From Octopus sinensis (taxonomy: Eukaryota), in contig NC_043003.1 of NCBI RefSeq assembly GCF_006345805.1, forward strand, positions 558,001 to 622,000: DNA of 64,000 bases, read 5' to 3'. The position numbers and the translations under genes are program-made. The notes below the pieces were generated by a model. That model did not search any database and was not told the origin of the DNA. It was given only the letters and a program-made list of their open reading frames with translations. Of the stretch, positions 12,102-25,510 are shown piece by piece. The first letter of the stretch is position 1. Every line of letters begins with the position of its first letter.

Positions 12102-12206
12102 GAATCCACTTCACCTGACTCTGGTAAATTTAGTTTTCTTAGTGTTCATACCAATCATTTGGAACCGGTTCCATGGTTGAAAGATCCAAAACAACCAGAT
12201 TACCAG
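12102..12206 (+). CDS. TnI: Candidate TnI cassette exon B (35 aa: ESTSPDSGKFSFLSVHTNHLEPVPWLKDPKQPDYQ)
   Basis: Acceptor ctatctcttctttag|GAA, donor CAG|gtagga, 105 nt, no stop, phase 0-0. Confidence 0.65.
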
Positions 12207-12747
12207 GTAGGAACAACTTAGTCTATGGAATTCTCTCTAAAACTAGCAACTCAAATAATTATTCCAAATTTTTTTTAACAAATTTCAATGCTATCAATCA
12301 ATTAAAATATTTTTGTAAGAAATGTAGGCATTCACGTCTCGGATGATAAATTGCCAGAATTAGTGGAATGTTAGATGAAATGTCTTTTAGTATTTAGTTA
12401 CATCCCTTCGCTTCCCAACAAGGTTTGCCTTGTTTTTTAATCTTTCAAAAGGGATAAAATATGTACCTGGGTTAATTTAATTGATTGTACCCACTGTACA
12501 GAATTTGTGGTCTCCTACCAAAAGTAGAAATCACTATTATTATTATTATTATTATTATTATTAAGGTGGCGAGCTGGTAGACTCATTAGCATACCAGACA
12601 AATTGCTTAGTAGCAATTTATGATAGTTTTTACTTTCTGGTCTCTGCTTCCACCGAGGTCAACTTCGCCATTCGTCAAGTATGGGGTCAATGTAACAGAC
12701 TTACCCCTCCTCTCAAAAACTGCTGGTTCTGTGTCAAAATTTGAAAC

Positions 12748-12795
<48 letters not shown>

Positions 12796-13161
12796 CATTA
12801 TTATTGTCATTGGGTGATGAGTTTCTGACAAAATGCCTCATCATGTTGTTTAGTTACAGGACCCTCTACAATCTGAATCCATATGTTTTGAGGTTCAGCT
12901 TTACTTTTTAACCTCATGAGGTCAGAAAAATAGTAACCAGCTGAATATTGAGGGAGAGATGTACCTGATTGTCCCCATTCTCAAACTTCTTGGCTATGTT
13001 AGTTATATTATAATGACATTGTAATCAATGAAAATTACTATTCAATATCAACATTATTATCTCTAATATCAACATTATTATCTCTAATATCAACATTATT
13101 ACTATTGTTAAGAACAGTTTTCTATATATGGCTGATGATAATAACCAAAATTTAATTTTAG

Positions 13162-13239
13162 ACAAATAAAAGGCATGGCTCTCCTGAGAAGAATCTTATT
13201 CCTAACAGAGGTTCAAACTTGAAGGATATACAAAAGAAA
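13162..13239 (+). CDS. TnI: Candidate TnI cassette exon C (26 aa: TNKRHGSPEKNLIPNRGSNLKDIQKK)
   Basis: Acceptor tttaattttag|ACA, donor AAA|gtaaga, 78 nt, no stop, phase 0-0. Confidence 0.6.
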
Positions 13240-13923
13240 GTAAGAACAATAAATGTCCAGATTTAATCTTTTTGGAAAGGAAAACTTTTTGTAGTTCATC
13301 TCCCTCACCAACTGTTATGGAATTCTTCTTGTCTCAGACAAGTCAGTTTAAAGTTTAATTGTTAGCACAAGAAAATGGGTTATCATCCAGATATGAAAAA
13401 AATATTTAAATATTTCATCCAACAGTTTATGTACAATTATCTGATATACGCATAAAACTCTAGAAAATTAGCTATAAAGTTATCTCAGATTCATGTATAT
13501 TTGTATAGACATGAATATATGTGTATATATATGTTTTCACATATACACACCTATACCTAAAATAAACTTGAATTAGTTGAACCTCAGTTATTTTTATACA
13601 CCACAGTGAAACTTTAAACAGATGTAAATATATGCATGGAAAGTTTCAATGTAAAGGCTTTAAAACATCTGTAGCTTGATTACTTTAAATTTGTTTTAGA
13701 TTTTAAACACATGCTGTGTTTTGTGTATGCACACACTCACACTCACACAATACATACACACAATACATATAATGAATATGCATCTGTGTGTGTTTGTATG
13801 ATTTTGTTCATTTTTGGCATCTTCCAAGTTAATTTATAAAATTTCTAAGAAGCAGTTAAAAAGGAACAAAATCAAAACTATTTTCCTTATGTTTAGATCA
13901 AATAAACAAAAAACAAATATATT

Positions 13924-13954
<31 letters not shown>

Positions 13955-13965
13955 GTATATATATG

Positions 13966-13997
<32 letters not shown>

Positions 13998-13999
13998 AT

Positions 14000-14060
<61 letters not shown>

Positions 14061-14898
14061 ATATTGAAGAAAGGAAACAAATGATTAGTTTTCAAGTGAT
14101 TGTGTTAAGAGATATCGTGATAAAATTATGTAATGGTATTTTCAGCTAAAATATTTCGACTCATTTATTGTCCGGCTATTTTGGGCTGGCAAATAATACC
14201 CTGCTGTTAAATCTATCTTAGTAGCTTACAGAATGTTTACAGAACTTGCTATTTTCATCCTGCTGTTTGCTAGATATTGGCTCCACCTATCTCTTTCACT
14301 ATGTAATCTAACACTGTTTTCCTTTTCTTATCTATATCATAATGTAACGAACGGAAAACTATAAAATACGCAGATATCTTAGCCATGCATATGCTTCATT
14401 AGTATTGTGTTTATTCATGTATTCAATGTGTAACTCTTACCATTAGAATTTCCTCGAGCGTCACTGCTTCGGTGTTAGTGAGTTCAATCCTTGGACGAGT
14501 CATTTGTGTTATTCAAGGTAGATTGTATTACTTACCTCATCCATCCTCACAGGTAAAATAGGCTTCAGTTCATGGTTGGGTGGTTAGTAGTTGGAAAGGC
14601 GTTCAGCTTGAAAGATATTTTTTGCAACAATCTATGTACAAATATCTAAATAAATAAAGTAAAAGAAAAATGAAAAAGGCAGGGAACATGAAAAAGGCAG
14701 GGAACATGAAAAATGGACGTTAAAAAAATGGAAAGGAAACATTATTTAGTTTTTTCTCTCTTGCTTTTTTAGAAATAGTTTTCTCCACCCTATTAAATTA
14801 CTAACTGAATCAAGATGTTAGATATTGAACATTTAGAGCAAAAGTAGATCTCTCTTACTTTCTGTCTTAACAAGAACTAAACATTTTTCCTCGTACAG

Positions 14899-14964
14899 TT
14901 TGAAGCTGTGAGTAAACAAGAACCAAAAGAATTTGGTAAAAGAAATATAAATCTTCAAGAAAAC
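14899..14964 (+). CDS. TnI: Candidate TnI cassette exon D (22 aa: FEAVSKQEPKEFGKRNINLQEN)
   Basis: Acceptor tttttcctcgtacag|TTT, donor AAC|gtaagc, 66 nt, no stop, phase 0-0. Confidence 0.65.
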
Positions 14965-16811
14965 GTAAGCATCCTTGAGGCATTTGTTCGATTTTATTCA
15001 TTGTAAAGAACATAAAATAGCAAATCCTTCAGAATTGAGTAGAGTTATTTTTTTTTAATTTCAAGAAAATTGCGAAGCTTTTAAGTTTTTTATTGATTTT
15101 ATTTATTTGTACTGTTACAGATTTATCGATTTAGAATAATGCAAAAACAGCAATGAACGCATAGAATCCCTAGTGTGCCAGAGAAAATGCTTGGCAGCAT
15201 TTCTTCCTGCTTTATGTTCTCTGTTCAGATTCTGCTAAGGTTGACTTTGCCTTTCATCCTTCCAGGGTTGATAAAATAAGCATCAGTTGAGCACAGAAGG
15301 CAGCAAAATCACCCACCCCCCTCCTCAAAGCTGCTGGCCTTGTACCTATAGTTTTAGAGACGTGCCCCTAAATGACAAAACCAGGTGTTTTATAATATTT
15401 CTTTGGTTTGGTGCTTTCTGGGTTGACTTTTGTTCTTCACATTTCTCGTCAGTAAAATGTGAATTTAAGTGAGTGTCACATTTGGCAAGGTCTTGACTAA
15501 ATATGGTTTCCATTCTAGAGATAAAAAGATTTTTTTTTTACCTGGGTTTGCTGTTAGATTAAACAAGTCAAGTGAATACATAGAAGATTTCTTGCAGTTT
15601 CATGCCAATATCACTCTGGAATTGGTCCAGTTGATTATATCAACTCCACTACAAATTATTTGTTATCAGAGATGCCGTGTCGAAGCAGATTAAGTGGTAA
15701 TGTTGTTGTTATTATAAATGCTTGGATACATTTGCTGCTGTAAGAGTTGGACTTCATTTTGAGCTGATCCCTTATCTTGATTTTGCTGATGTTTCCAGCA
15801 GTTAAAAAAGCTAACAGTACTTGAAGGATGTTAATCTATTCAGTATCTGTACTTTTCAAGGTATAGGTGGGATTTAGCTGTTAGTCACATAATGGCAGCT
15901 TGAATCAAGGATAATGCCAACGAGCTCAATGGATTATTGTATATACTGAAATAAAAAAAATTCTGTATTTATATCTATGCAAAATTTTCAATAGTTATTA
16001 AGTTAATTTCTGTTTAATTTTCTGCAAATTGAAATTAGCTGCATCTTTGAATAAGGTGCTGAGCCTCAGGAAAAGACTAATGGTTCTTGGAGTGTTGTCA
16101 ATGAGTCTTTGCAAAATTTGGTAGGAATCTTTCTTCAAATTTTGAATCCTGCTGAAGTCAATTTGGTCTTTCATCATTTGGGGGGGGGGTCAATAAAATA
16201 AAGTACAACAGCAACAACTATTATTATTATTATTATTATTATTAATATATAATTATTATTATTATTATTATTATTGGGGATGTTCTTATTTCTGTATTGA
16301 GGCCTAAAAATACAGATCTTCAAAATATTGTTTCATTATATTAAAAGTTACGATTATGTCTTTGGTTTTTGTTCTATGGAAACAATTATTCAAAGTCTAA
16401 CACTCAAACACATGTCATGACAAGCAGAATAATGTCTGCAGTCAATGCAATTGACTGACCCCTCCCCTCAAAATTACTAGCCTTGTGCCAAAATTTGAAA
16501 CAATGATTATTACTAGAAAGTTCTGTAAATTCCATGCTTTATAAATGTTCTTATTTTGATGCCTAAATTTACAGATCTTCCCCACATTCATTTATTAGGT
16601 TAAAGATTTCAACTCCATAGTTATGGTTGTTTAGAGCATAAAACCTCAACTACTGTCGCTATGTTAAATATTTAGATTATGTCCATGATTTCATCCCCTA
16701 TTAATGTATTTCAGTATTTTAGACAATACTCTTTCTATCTACCTGTATTTTTTATAAGTCCAATATTATTATTATTATTGTAATATTGTATTCTTAATTT
16801 ACTTTCCCCAG

Positions 16812-17799
16812 GGTTTAATTTCTTCCTTTAAAGTGCCATCACGAACCCTAATTAACAGTGATTCAATAAAAGACTATAAATCCAAACTAGAAAGTTCCTT
16901 AAGCAAAACTAAGATTCAATCCCATCACAATAAACTGTCGACTGAAAGTGGAGTTAAAAACCCTTCCATTCTCGAAGATCTTACTAATTCTAAAAATAAA
17001 AATTCCTCCTATAATAATAGTAATAATGATAATATTAATAATGATAATAATCGTTATTATAACAACAACAACAATATAATCACAAAGAATAATAACAACA
17101 ACAATAATTCTGGTCTGAGAGTAAGAGAAAAGACAGTCAAAGTTTGCAATAAATGGCCACCAGAAAAAGCTACCAAGGTGCATGATATTTCCAAACGCCA
17201 CGATGATTCTGAGACTGATTCTTCCCCACATTGTGAACCTGACACAAAGCCAGCTGTTCTTGTTAGCCAGAAAAGTGTGGTCAAACGATGGCCTCATGCT
17301 CAAACGGCACAGATTTCTATGGCAAAGCGTCCAGAAAAATTGACAAGTTGGTCATCAGGTGTAAATGGAAATGGTTCCATTACACAGCGCCTAGATTACA
17401 AAACGGACGTGCGAGGGAGATGGCCCCCAGAAGTTGATCTCAAACAAACTGCTAGAGAAAGCATATCATCAGCATTAGCTCAGAAGATTTACAAACCACC
17501 TTCGAAAGATGCAACAGGTGTGTCAGGCCAAAATTTAAGAAAAGATGTAATTAGTGAAACAGCTGTTGTGCAAGTTTTTTTACAGACACCAGAAAATACT
17601 CGATTAAAAGACGGAACATCCACTTGTAAAGTAATCCCTAAATCTCAAGAAAATAACGAACTGATTATTCCTCATCACTCATATCATAACGGACATGTAC
17701 CGGAAACCAGAAGCTCTTTACTTACTAACCTGCATGCTGTTAAAGATCAAAATCTTTCATATACATCTTTTGTACCTTCTACTAACCAACACCAAAGCA

Positions 17800-17830
<31 letters not shown>

Positions 17831-17903
17831 CAGTGGGGATGAGGTCAAAGGCCAAACTGTATCATCTGCTCATTGTCTTATTCATTGGCAAAGTGGAAAG
17901 AAA
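16812..17903 (+). CDS. TnI: Candidate TnI giant cassette exon E (364 aa, S/T/N/K-rich, poly-N and poly-D tracts, three [KR]WP[PH] motifs)
   Basis: Acceptor atttactttccccag|GGT is in frame with the ORF-track ORF 16833..17990, the longest ORF in the window. Donor AAA|gtaagt at 17904 is phase 0. Length 1092 nt = 364 codons. Confidence 0.75.
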
Positions 17904-18817
17904 GTAAGTTGTGCATTTTCATTCAATGTCCTTTTTCGTTTTCGTTTTTTCTCCCATTTACAGGGAGAATTCATTAATTTTCTTTCATAACTACAATGGA
18001 ATTTGTATTGTTACTCTTTACTCTTTTACTTGTTCCAGTCATGTGACTGCGACCATGCTGGAGCACCACCTTTAGTCGAGAAAATCGACCCCAGGACTTA
18101 TTCTATTGGTCTCTTTTGGCGAACTGCTAAGTTACGGGGGCATAAACACACCAGCAAAGCCTTGTCAGGGGATTTGGTAGACGGAAACTGAAAGAAGCCC
18201 GTTGTATATATATGTGTGTGTGTGTCCCCGTAATTTAGCGCTTCGGCAAAATAGACTGATAGAATAAGTACTAGGCTTACAAAGAATAAGTCCTGGGGTC
18301 AGTTTGCTTGAGTAAAGGCGCTGCTCCAGCATGGCCACAGTCAAATGACTGAAACAAGTAAAAGAATATATATATATAAGTGCTATAGATGGACCGCATC
18401 TATAGCACTTATTCAGCATTACCTGACACCTTTGGGTCTCAATGACACCATTACCTCTCATAACCTATATATATATATATATACATAAAATGTTATACAT
18501 AGACTCATTGTAATAAAATTGCAAAACCTATTCAATCTGTATTTTATTTTATTTACAAATTCCACTGTATCTGGGAGGCTTTATACATGTTGAATGAAAG
18601 GATATAGTTTATCGAAGGTGAATGTTTATATTGCAGCTTCAGTTTCACACCATCGTCATCTCCAGATGCCAGTAGTGTTTTTGCCTGAAGATCACCAGAG
18701 TGGTGTGAAAGTCAAGTCACACACTAAAGATTCAGTTTTGATAAACCATATTCTCTAAAACATGTATTAGGCCCTCCTTTTCCATCCATTCAATGCAATT
18801 AAGTATTTGTGTATGCA

Positions 18818-18851
<34 letters not shown>

Positions 18852-18903
18852 TATGTATGTATATGTATGTATATCTATCTGTGTATGTATCTATCTATTT
18901 ATC

Positions 18904-18947
<44 letters not shown>

Positions 18948-18948
<1 letters not shown>

Positions 18949-19636
18949 TCTTCAGGGCCGTCACCTTCGATCTATATAGTACCATGTCCCTCTTGCATTT
19001 CTTGAGGCTCTTCTTTTCCTCTGCGGCTTTCAAGAGCTTCTCCATCCGGTATGCCTCAAAGTCTTTCTTTAGTTGCTGACGAATCACTCAGCTGAGAAGG
19101 GAATATTCAAGGTGGTCTTAATGGCATAAGGGATGTGCTCAAGGGAAGGTTGAACAGGACCACCCGTGCCAACCTCATCAACAGTACAGTTCTACCTGCA
19201 ATGTTGTATGGTAGTGAAACATGGGCTACCACAAAGAGAGAAGAGCAGAGACTGGTAATGGCTCAAAGAGCCAGGGAAAGGTCAATGCTTGGTATCTCGT
19301 TGAGAGAGCACATCAGTAGCAAGATCATCAGAAAGAAGTCCGGCATGAGGGATGTAATCACAGAGTATACACGCAACAAGTTTAGATGAGCTGGACACAT
19401 CGCCCGGCTCACTGATAATTGGTGGACCCACGCAGTTGTCGAGTGGTACCCACGTGAGCAGAAACGACTACCTGGAAGGCCTCCACGACGGTGGAGTTAC
19501 GATTTTAGGAGGACAATTGGGATCACGTGGATGAGAAAGGCGCGATCCAGAGAGGAGTGGACAGCGTGCTGTGACCAGCGGTGTCAAATGGACGCCTGAC
19601 GGACTGGTCGGTCAAGGTGATCAAGGTGAAGGTGAT
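18948..19636 (+). mobile_element. RTE-clade LINE, 5'-truncated with an inverted 5' segment, inserted in (TA)n
   Basis: + strand LPAMLYGSETW...FR*AGHIAR...EWYPREQKRLPGRPPRRW to stop at 19597-19599, with an (CA)AGGTGA repeat tail. 18948-19087 encodes IRQQLKKDFEAYRMEKLLKAAEEKKSLKK on the minus strand. Confidence 0.85.
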
Positions 19637-19987
19637 ATACATATATATATATATAGTATTGTATTTCAGGATGGTCATTTTTTTTTTTGCCCATTAAACA
19701 CACACACTGTATATTCATTCTTCACTCATTACTGTTCTTATTCTAACTCATGTCCATTATCCAGAAATCATTTGTCACCCATCTGTGACCTCTTCAATGA
19801 CACTTTCCATCTTCATGTGTGTTCTTGTCACAGATGTATGACAAAAGATGTGTAATAAATGAGTGAAGAACGAATATATAGTGTGTGTGTGTTTATTTGA
19901 TGAAAAAAAATGACCATCCCAAAATATAACAATATCTATTTCAACACATGTCTTCACATCAGGAATCTTTCAACACAAATTTATAAA

Positions 19988-20037
<50 letters not shown>

Positions 20038-20039
<2 letters not shown>

Positions 20040-20263
20040 GAGGGTTGGCCAGAAACCACCTGACAGTAAACCAAAACCATTTAATTCCAAGATTTATTTA
20101 TGTGAATGAATTGAATAAAAGCATCTAAATATGAAACATCATGAAAATTGTTCAAACTGAAGTCCTTCTCAAGCAACACATTCTTCCATTCAAGTCAATA
20201 CAGAATTACAGAGAATATTTATGGAATTTTGATTTACTGTCGGGTAACTTTTGGCCAACTCTG
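20038..20263. mobile_element. Tc1/mariner-type MITE
   Basis: Inverted ends CAGAGGGTTGGCCAGAAACCACCTGACAGTAAA / TTTACTGTCGGGTAACTTTTGGCCAACTCTG followed by TA. Confidence 0.65.
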
Positions 20264-22978
20264 TATATCTTTGGTTTTGCAAAGAGCAAAGAGGTTATTC
20301 AAAATGTAAAACAAAGCATATATAATCTCTCTCCTAAGGATGAAACATGTTATACTGTTGTTTTGAAAACATGTCTTATTAAATATACATACAAAATATT
20401 CCTTCTGTTGACATTTTTTGAGCAGTAAGAATAATAATGATAATATTAAGCTGTTGCTTGGAACATTGCAAAAAGTTATTATGTTAAAATTGTCGAGGAA
20501 GGTTTTAATTTAAATATCAACATTTTAGGGTGAGCGACTTTTGTTTGTATTCAGGCGTAGAGATGGCCTCAAGTGGGTTGGTATCAAAAGGGTAATCTGA
20601 GATGTACACCAGAAGAATCATAAAGAAACATAGGACAGAATTAGAAGCAAGAAATAGACATCTTTTGAAAATACCAGATTGGAATGTCGTCAGTTTGAAT
20701 TGACAGCAAATAAGGTAGCTTGCTGCAGGTTGGCAGCTTTTCAACAGAAAGTTCTAGTTTGAGTTCAATGACCGACCAGAAACACATCAGTAGAATAGAA
20801 ACGGGAATGTATTGGTTTTGCTGTCTTCATGTATTTAACTCACCCTGTATGGGAAAGAGAGAGAGAGAGAGAGAGAGTATTATAATGTGAACCTGGAATT
20901 TATCAGTCATGCAATTTAGAAAAGTGAAAAGGAATGTAAAAAGGATTAAAGAGCTGCAAGAAGCATTTCTTTCTATCTGGATGCAGGTAGAAATTAGATG
21001 ACGTTGAACCCTTGGAGGAGCCGCTATGTGGTTACATGGCTTGCTAGAAATAGCAATTAATTTGCTTTCAAATTATATCATATCATCTTGAAAAAGGAAG
21101 AACACATTGGATAATTCAGTCTTGAATACACATTTACGAAATAGGCAGAAAATTCTGTTGACTCTGGAGATAAAGAATCTAGAATGCACAAGAATTTATT
21201 CCAATTGCCTTGTCCAAACTCCAAAACTAAGTCTTGAATTTAGCACCACCTGAAGTCAGATTGTTGCATTAATGATGAGAGAAAGACCATCTCTTTGGAA
21301 CGTAATAGTTTAATATTCCATCAATTTATTTATCTGAAACTTACTGCTAACATTTATAAATTGCGAGTATAAAAAGATAGCAAATAAAATAAAAGAAACA
21401 GATTAATAAATTAAATTGAATGATCATTATTCCAAAATAATTCATTTTAATGAAGTAATTTTACTCTTTGGAATAAAACAATTATTTTATTCTAATTGTT
21501 AATCTAGCCCAAAACAATGAGAATAGCCAATTTGTCTTTAATTGGTGGCATCGTCAACTGTGGTTTAACTGAACTATTTTATTCTGTAGTCTTTGTTTAA
21601 ATATTAAAATATATATTGGTGTTAGGAAAGGCATCAAGCTGTAGGAACAATGTGAAAACAGACGCTGGGGCTTGGAGCAGTCCCCTGGCTAACTCCTGTC
21701 AAACCATCCAATCCATGGGAGCTTGGAAAACAGATATTAAATGGGGATGACAAAAATAGTGGAATTTATTGTAGTTCTTGTCCAACATTTAAAAGATTAA
21801 CAAAAAGTTTTTGTAAATTTGATGGGGAAATAAATTGATGTAAATATTTATTAGTTTATCTTATGTTGTAAATAAATATTAGAAAAACAGCTAATTATTA
21901 AACTATTTTACACTTATTAATGTTTTAAGTTTTGTTAACAGTTAATGAAGATATTTTCAAAACAACAAAGTTCTGTTTCATCTTTTTTTTGTGCATGTCC
22001 AAAGTTTGTTTCTCTTGTGATATCAAGGAATGCAGCATGCTCTTGTTGTTTATGGTGGTTGTGGGCACAATCACTTATTTTCTTTGTTGTGTATCATTTT
22101 CAGCACCAAAGCCTCTGCCATTGGTGAAGACTTTGGTAAAATTAAATTATCTCCAGACATTATTGCTTTTACTTTTAGATGCTCAGAATGTCACATGACT
22201 TAAAATATATTCTTTGAAATAAATATAAAATGTTTAATCTGAAAACTAATGCAGGAAAATTCTCATTATTAAATTTATCAAAGATTTTGGGATATAATCA
22301 TTGAGCAACGTAATTATGCAAATGAACCAATTTAAAGGGCTCATTAATGAAGGGGTCAATAGTTTTTCATTAAGAATTACTTAATTAATCAGATTTAAAT
22401 GTTCGATTTCAGTTTGTTTATTATAATCATTTAGATGTATGTTCTAGTCGGTTTATATAAAACAGCTGAGAATTATGTCAGTGTCTGAATGTCTGCGCTT
22501 AGTATAATTAATTCAATAATTAAATCTAGTTCTATACATTCTTTCTTAATTTATAATTATGTAGACTTTTTTTTTTGCTTCAGATGTTTTTTTTTTCTCT
22601 TCTTTTGAAATGTGAACAGTTTGTGCAATTGTGCCATTTTTTTAACTACAATGTCTTCACAAACGTGGGTATTCTTATGCCTGTGCAAACGGCTGGATTG
22701 TATACCTCACGACTTAGACACCTTGATTTTAGACTAAGCAAATTCACAGCAGAGATGTATTTAATATTTCCTTAAACATTTTTCTCTTTAATCTTGTCGT
22801 AAACACTGCTTTAGTAACTTTTCTATCTAAAAGACACAAAAGACAAATACATTTTCTTACCTCTAAGATATGGTTTGTATATAAATTACTCTTTAAAAAT
22901 AAAGGTAAGTGATCGATGCTCTTCACTTCATTGAATTTATGTTCATTGCTATAAAGTTTTGCAAACTTTGTTGTGTAG

Positions 22979-23026
22979 GAAGAAGAGGAACGCGAAGAGG
23001 CCGAAAGGAAAAAGAGACAGGAAGAG
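22979..23026 (+). CDS. TnI: Troponin I exon, EEEEREEAERKKRQEE
   Basis: ttgttgtgtag|GAA ... GAG|gtaaga, 48 nt, phase 0-0. E/R/K-rich helix typical of invertebrate TnI N-termini. Confidence 0.88.
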
Positions 23027-23910
23027 GTAAGAATCCAGATTTAATTTTCAATAATTTTTCAAAGAATTTCATACATTATACATCATATTATTCACAGTAG
23101 ATTTACATTATTTTTTTTTTCTTCATTTTCGTTAGACAACACCATTATCATATCACTACATATTTTTTAAAACTCTTTTTTTTTTTTTACTTTGTAAATG
23201 TTTATCATCACTCATCATTCAGTTATATTAGTCTATGATATTATTATTTTTTCCTTCTTACACCCCCCACCCACCCATCTATCCTTTCCTTATATTTGTT
23301 GCACTTCTACATCAGTCTTAGGTGAAAGCTATGTCGCTGATCTCTTAGTTAGATGCACCCTTTCTATGCTGTGTAAAATGTGAGGTGTTTTACTTTGTTT
23401 TGTTGGTGTTGTAGAGCAACAGAAATAGTTTAATTATAAAAAAAACAACAAAAAACAATGCATGATCTTTTGTCTTTCTTTTCTGGTTCCTTTTTTTTTC
23501 AGAATAAAGGTTGATGTATTTTTTTTTAATAAAAGTTAGCTACATTAATAATGTTACATGTGTTGTGTCTCTGTGTATATGTGTGTGTATGTGTAAATGT
23601 GTGTATGTATGTATTCATGTATAAATACATACTTGTGTATATATTTAAATATATATGTACTGTGGGAATATGAGTGTATGCATGTATATTTGTAGGTACA
23701 TGTGTGTGTATATATATATATGTCATCATGAATATATGTATATATTTATATATGGATATATATATATCCATATATAAATATATACATATATATATATGTA
23801 TATATGCATGTGTGTATGTGTTTATGTATATAGATATGTGTATATATTTGTATGTAAAAATATCTAGATGTATAGATATTGTATATGTGTATATATATGT
23901 GTATATCATG

Positions 23911-24038
<128 letters not shown>

Positions 24039-25107
24039 GCACATACACACACATATATATTTACATGTTAATGATCAAACTGTGTCCAGAAATCATGATT
24101 ATTCATTTCAAAAATATTTCCCCCACCCCCTATCGATGTTATGTTAGTTTCATCTCTACATGGTCCTATGTTACCCCTCTTCTGTCCCCTGTCAAAATTA
24201 ATCCAATTAAGGGACGATTCATAAAAACTTAAGATATACATTTAAACAAAAATAATATATTCTATAAAAAATTTAGAATTAAGCAAAATCCCTAATAGTA
24301 AAAAAAAAAGATTATATACAATAAAAAGAACCCAAACAAAACTGAAATATAAATAATAAAAGTAACATGATTGAATACCTATTAATTATGCATATTAATT
24401 ATTATGATGATTATTATTATTATCAATTTTTTTTAAAACTAAATAATGGTAAATCATTTTTGGTCTGTGAGATTTGTATTGTAACTTAACAAATACTGTC
24501 ATTGCTATGTACAGTTAGTACTTCATTTTTATGACCATCTGCTATTTGGAATTGCCATTATGCAGGTTCTACTCTTTAATTTTTTTTTACATTTTATTTT
24601 TTTTTACAAAAATATATATTTTCCATTCACCTATTTTCACTAATCACTCTTAGATTTTTACTACTTACTAAAAATAATTAGCAAATAATATAATGATATA
24701 TCTTTTTTTATATAAATATTATCATTTTAGTTTTGCATGTATTGTCTTTGATTTAACTATAAATCCAATTCTCATAGCTCATCATATTTATTCTGATGAA
24801 GTGGTTCACTTTGTTGTTTACATTTGTCAAGTGACAAAACTAACATCTCCATAACAAGCTAAACTTAGATTTATTTTTGATTACCTCGTGTGTAACCAAT
24901 ATTATTTTTCATATCATGCTGGGCTTCTCTGCCACACTGGCTACGATAGTTTAAACTTATAACGAAATCAATTAGGACCAATATTTATCTTGCAGTGTAG
25001 AAACTTATCCTATGTCATGGATATCATTCTGATGAATAAAGTTTATCAAGATTGGTGTGCATGTAATTTATATATATATATACATACATTCATACACACC
25101 TATCTTT

Positions 25108-25510
<403 letters not shown>

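Noticed and set aside
15121-15156. Acceptor ttacag| followed by IYRFRIMQKQQ-stop
   Set aside because: Immediate stop and no donor; it runs into a SINE copy.
16899-17303. Minus-strand 134-aa and 75-aa ORFs
   Set aside because: Antisense shadows of the + strand giant exon, with no independent splice or homology support.
17904-17990. Last 28 codons of ORF 16833..17990 (VSCAFSFNVLFRFRFF...)
   Set aside because: They lie after a strong phase-0 GTAAGT donor and are U-rich intron read-through. Use as a terminal exon cannot be fully excluded.
20529-20591. 63-nt phase 0-0 candidate exon GERLLFVFRRRDGLKWVGIKR
   Set aside because: Weak pyrimidine tract, a competing internal acceptor and donor, and no compositional support.
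24793-25035. CTGATGA hexamer hits at 24793 and 25029 (also 52369)
   Set aside because: No GAAA after helix II and no closing helix I. The 52369 hit lies within the Thr-Asp-Glu codons of the alternative exon.
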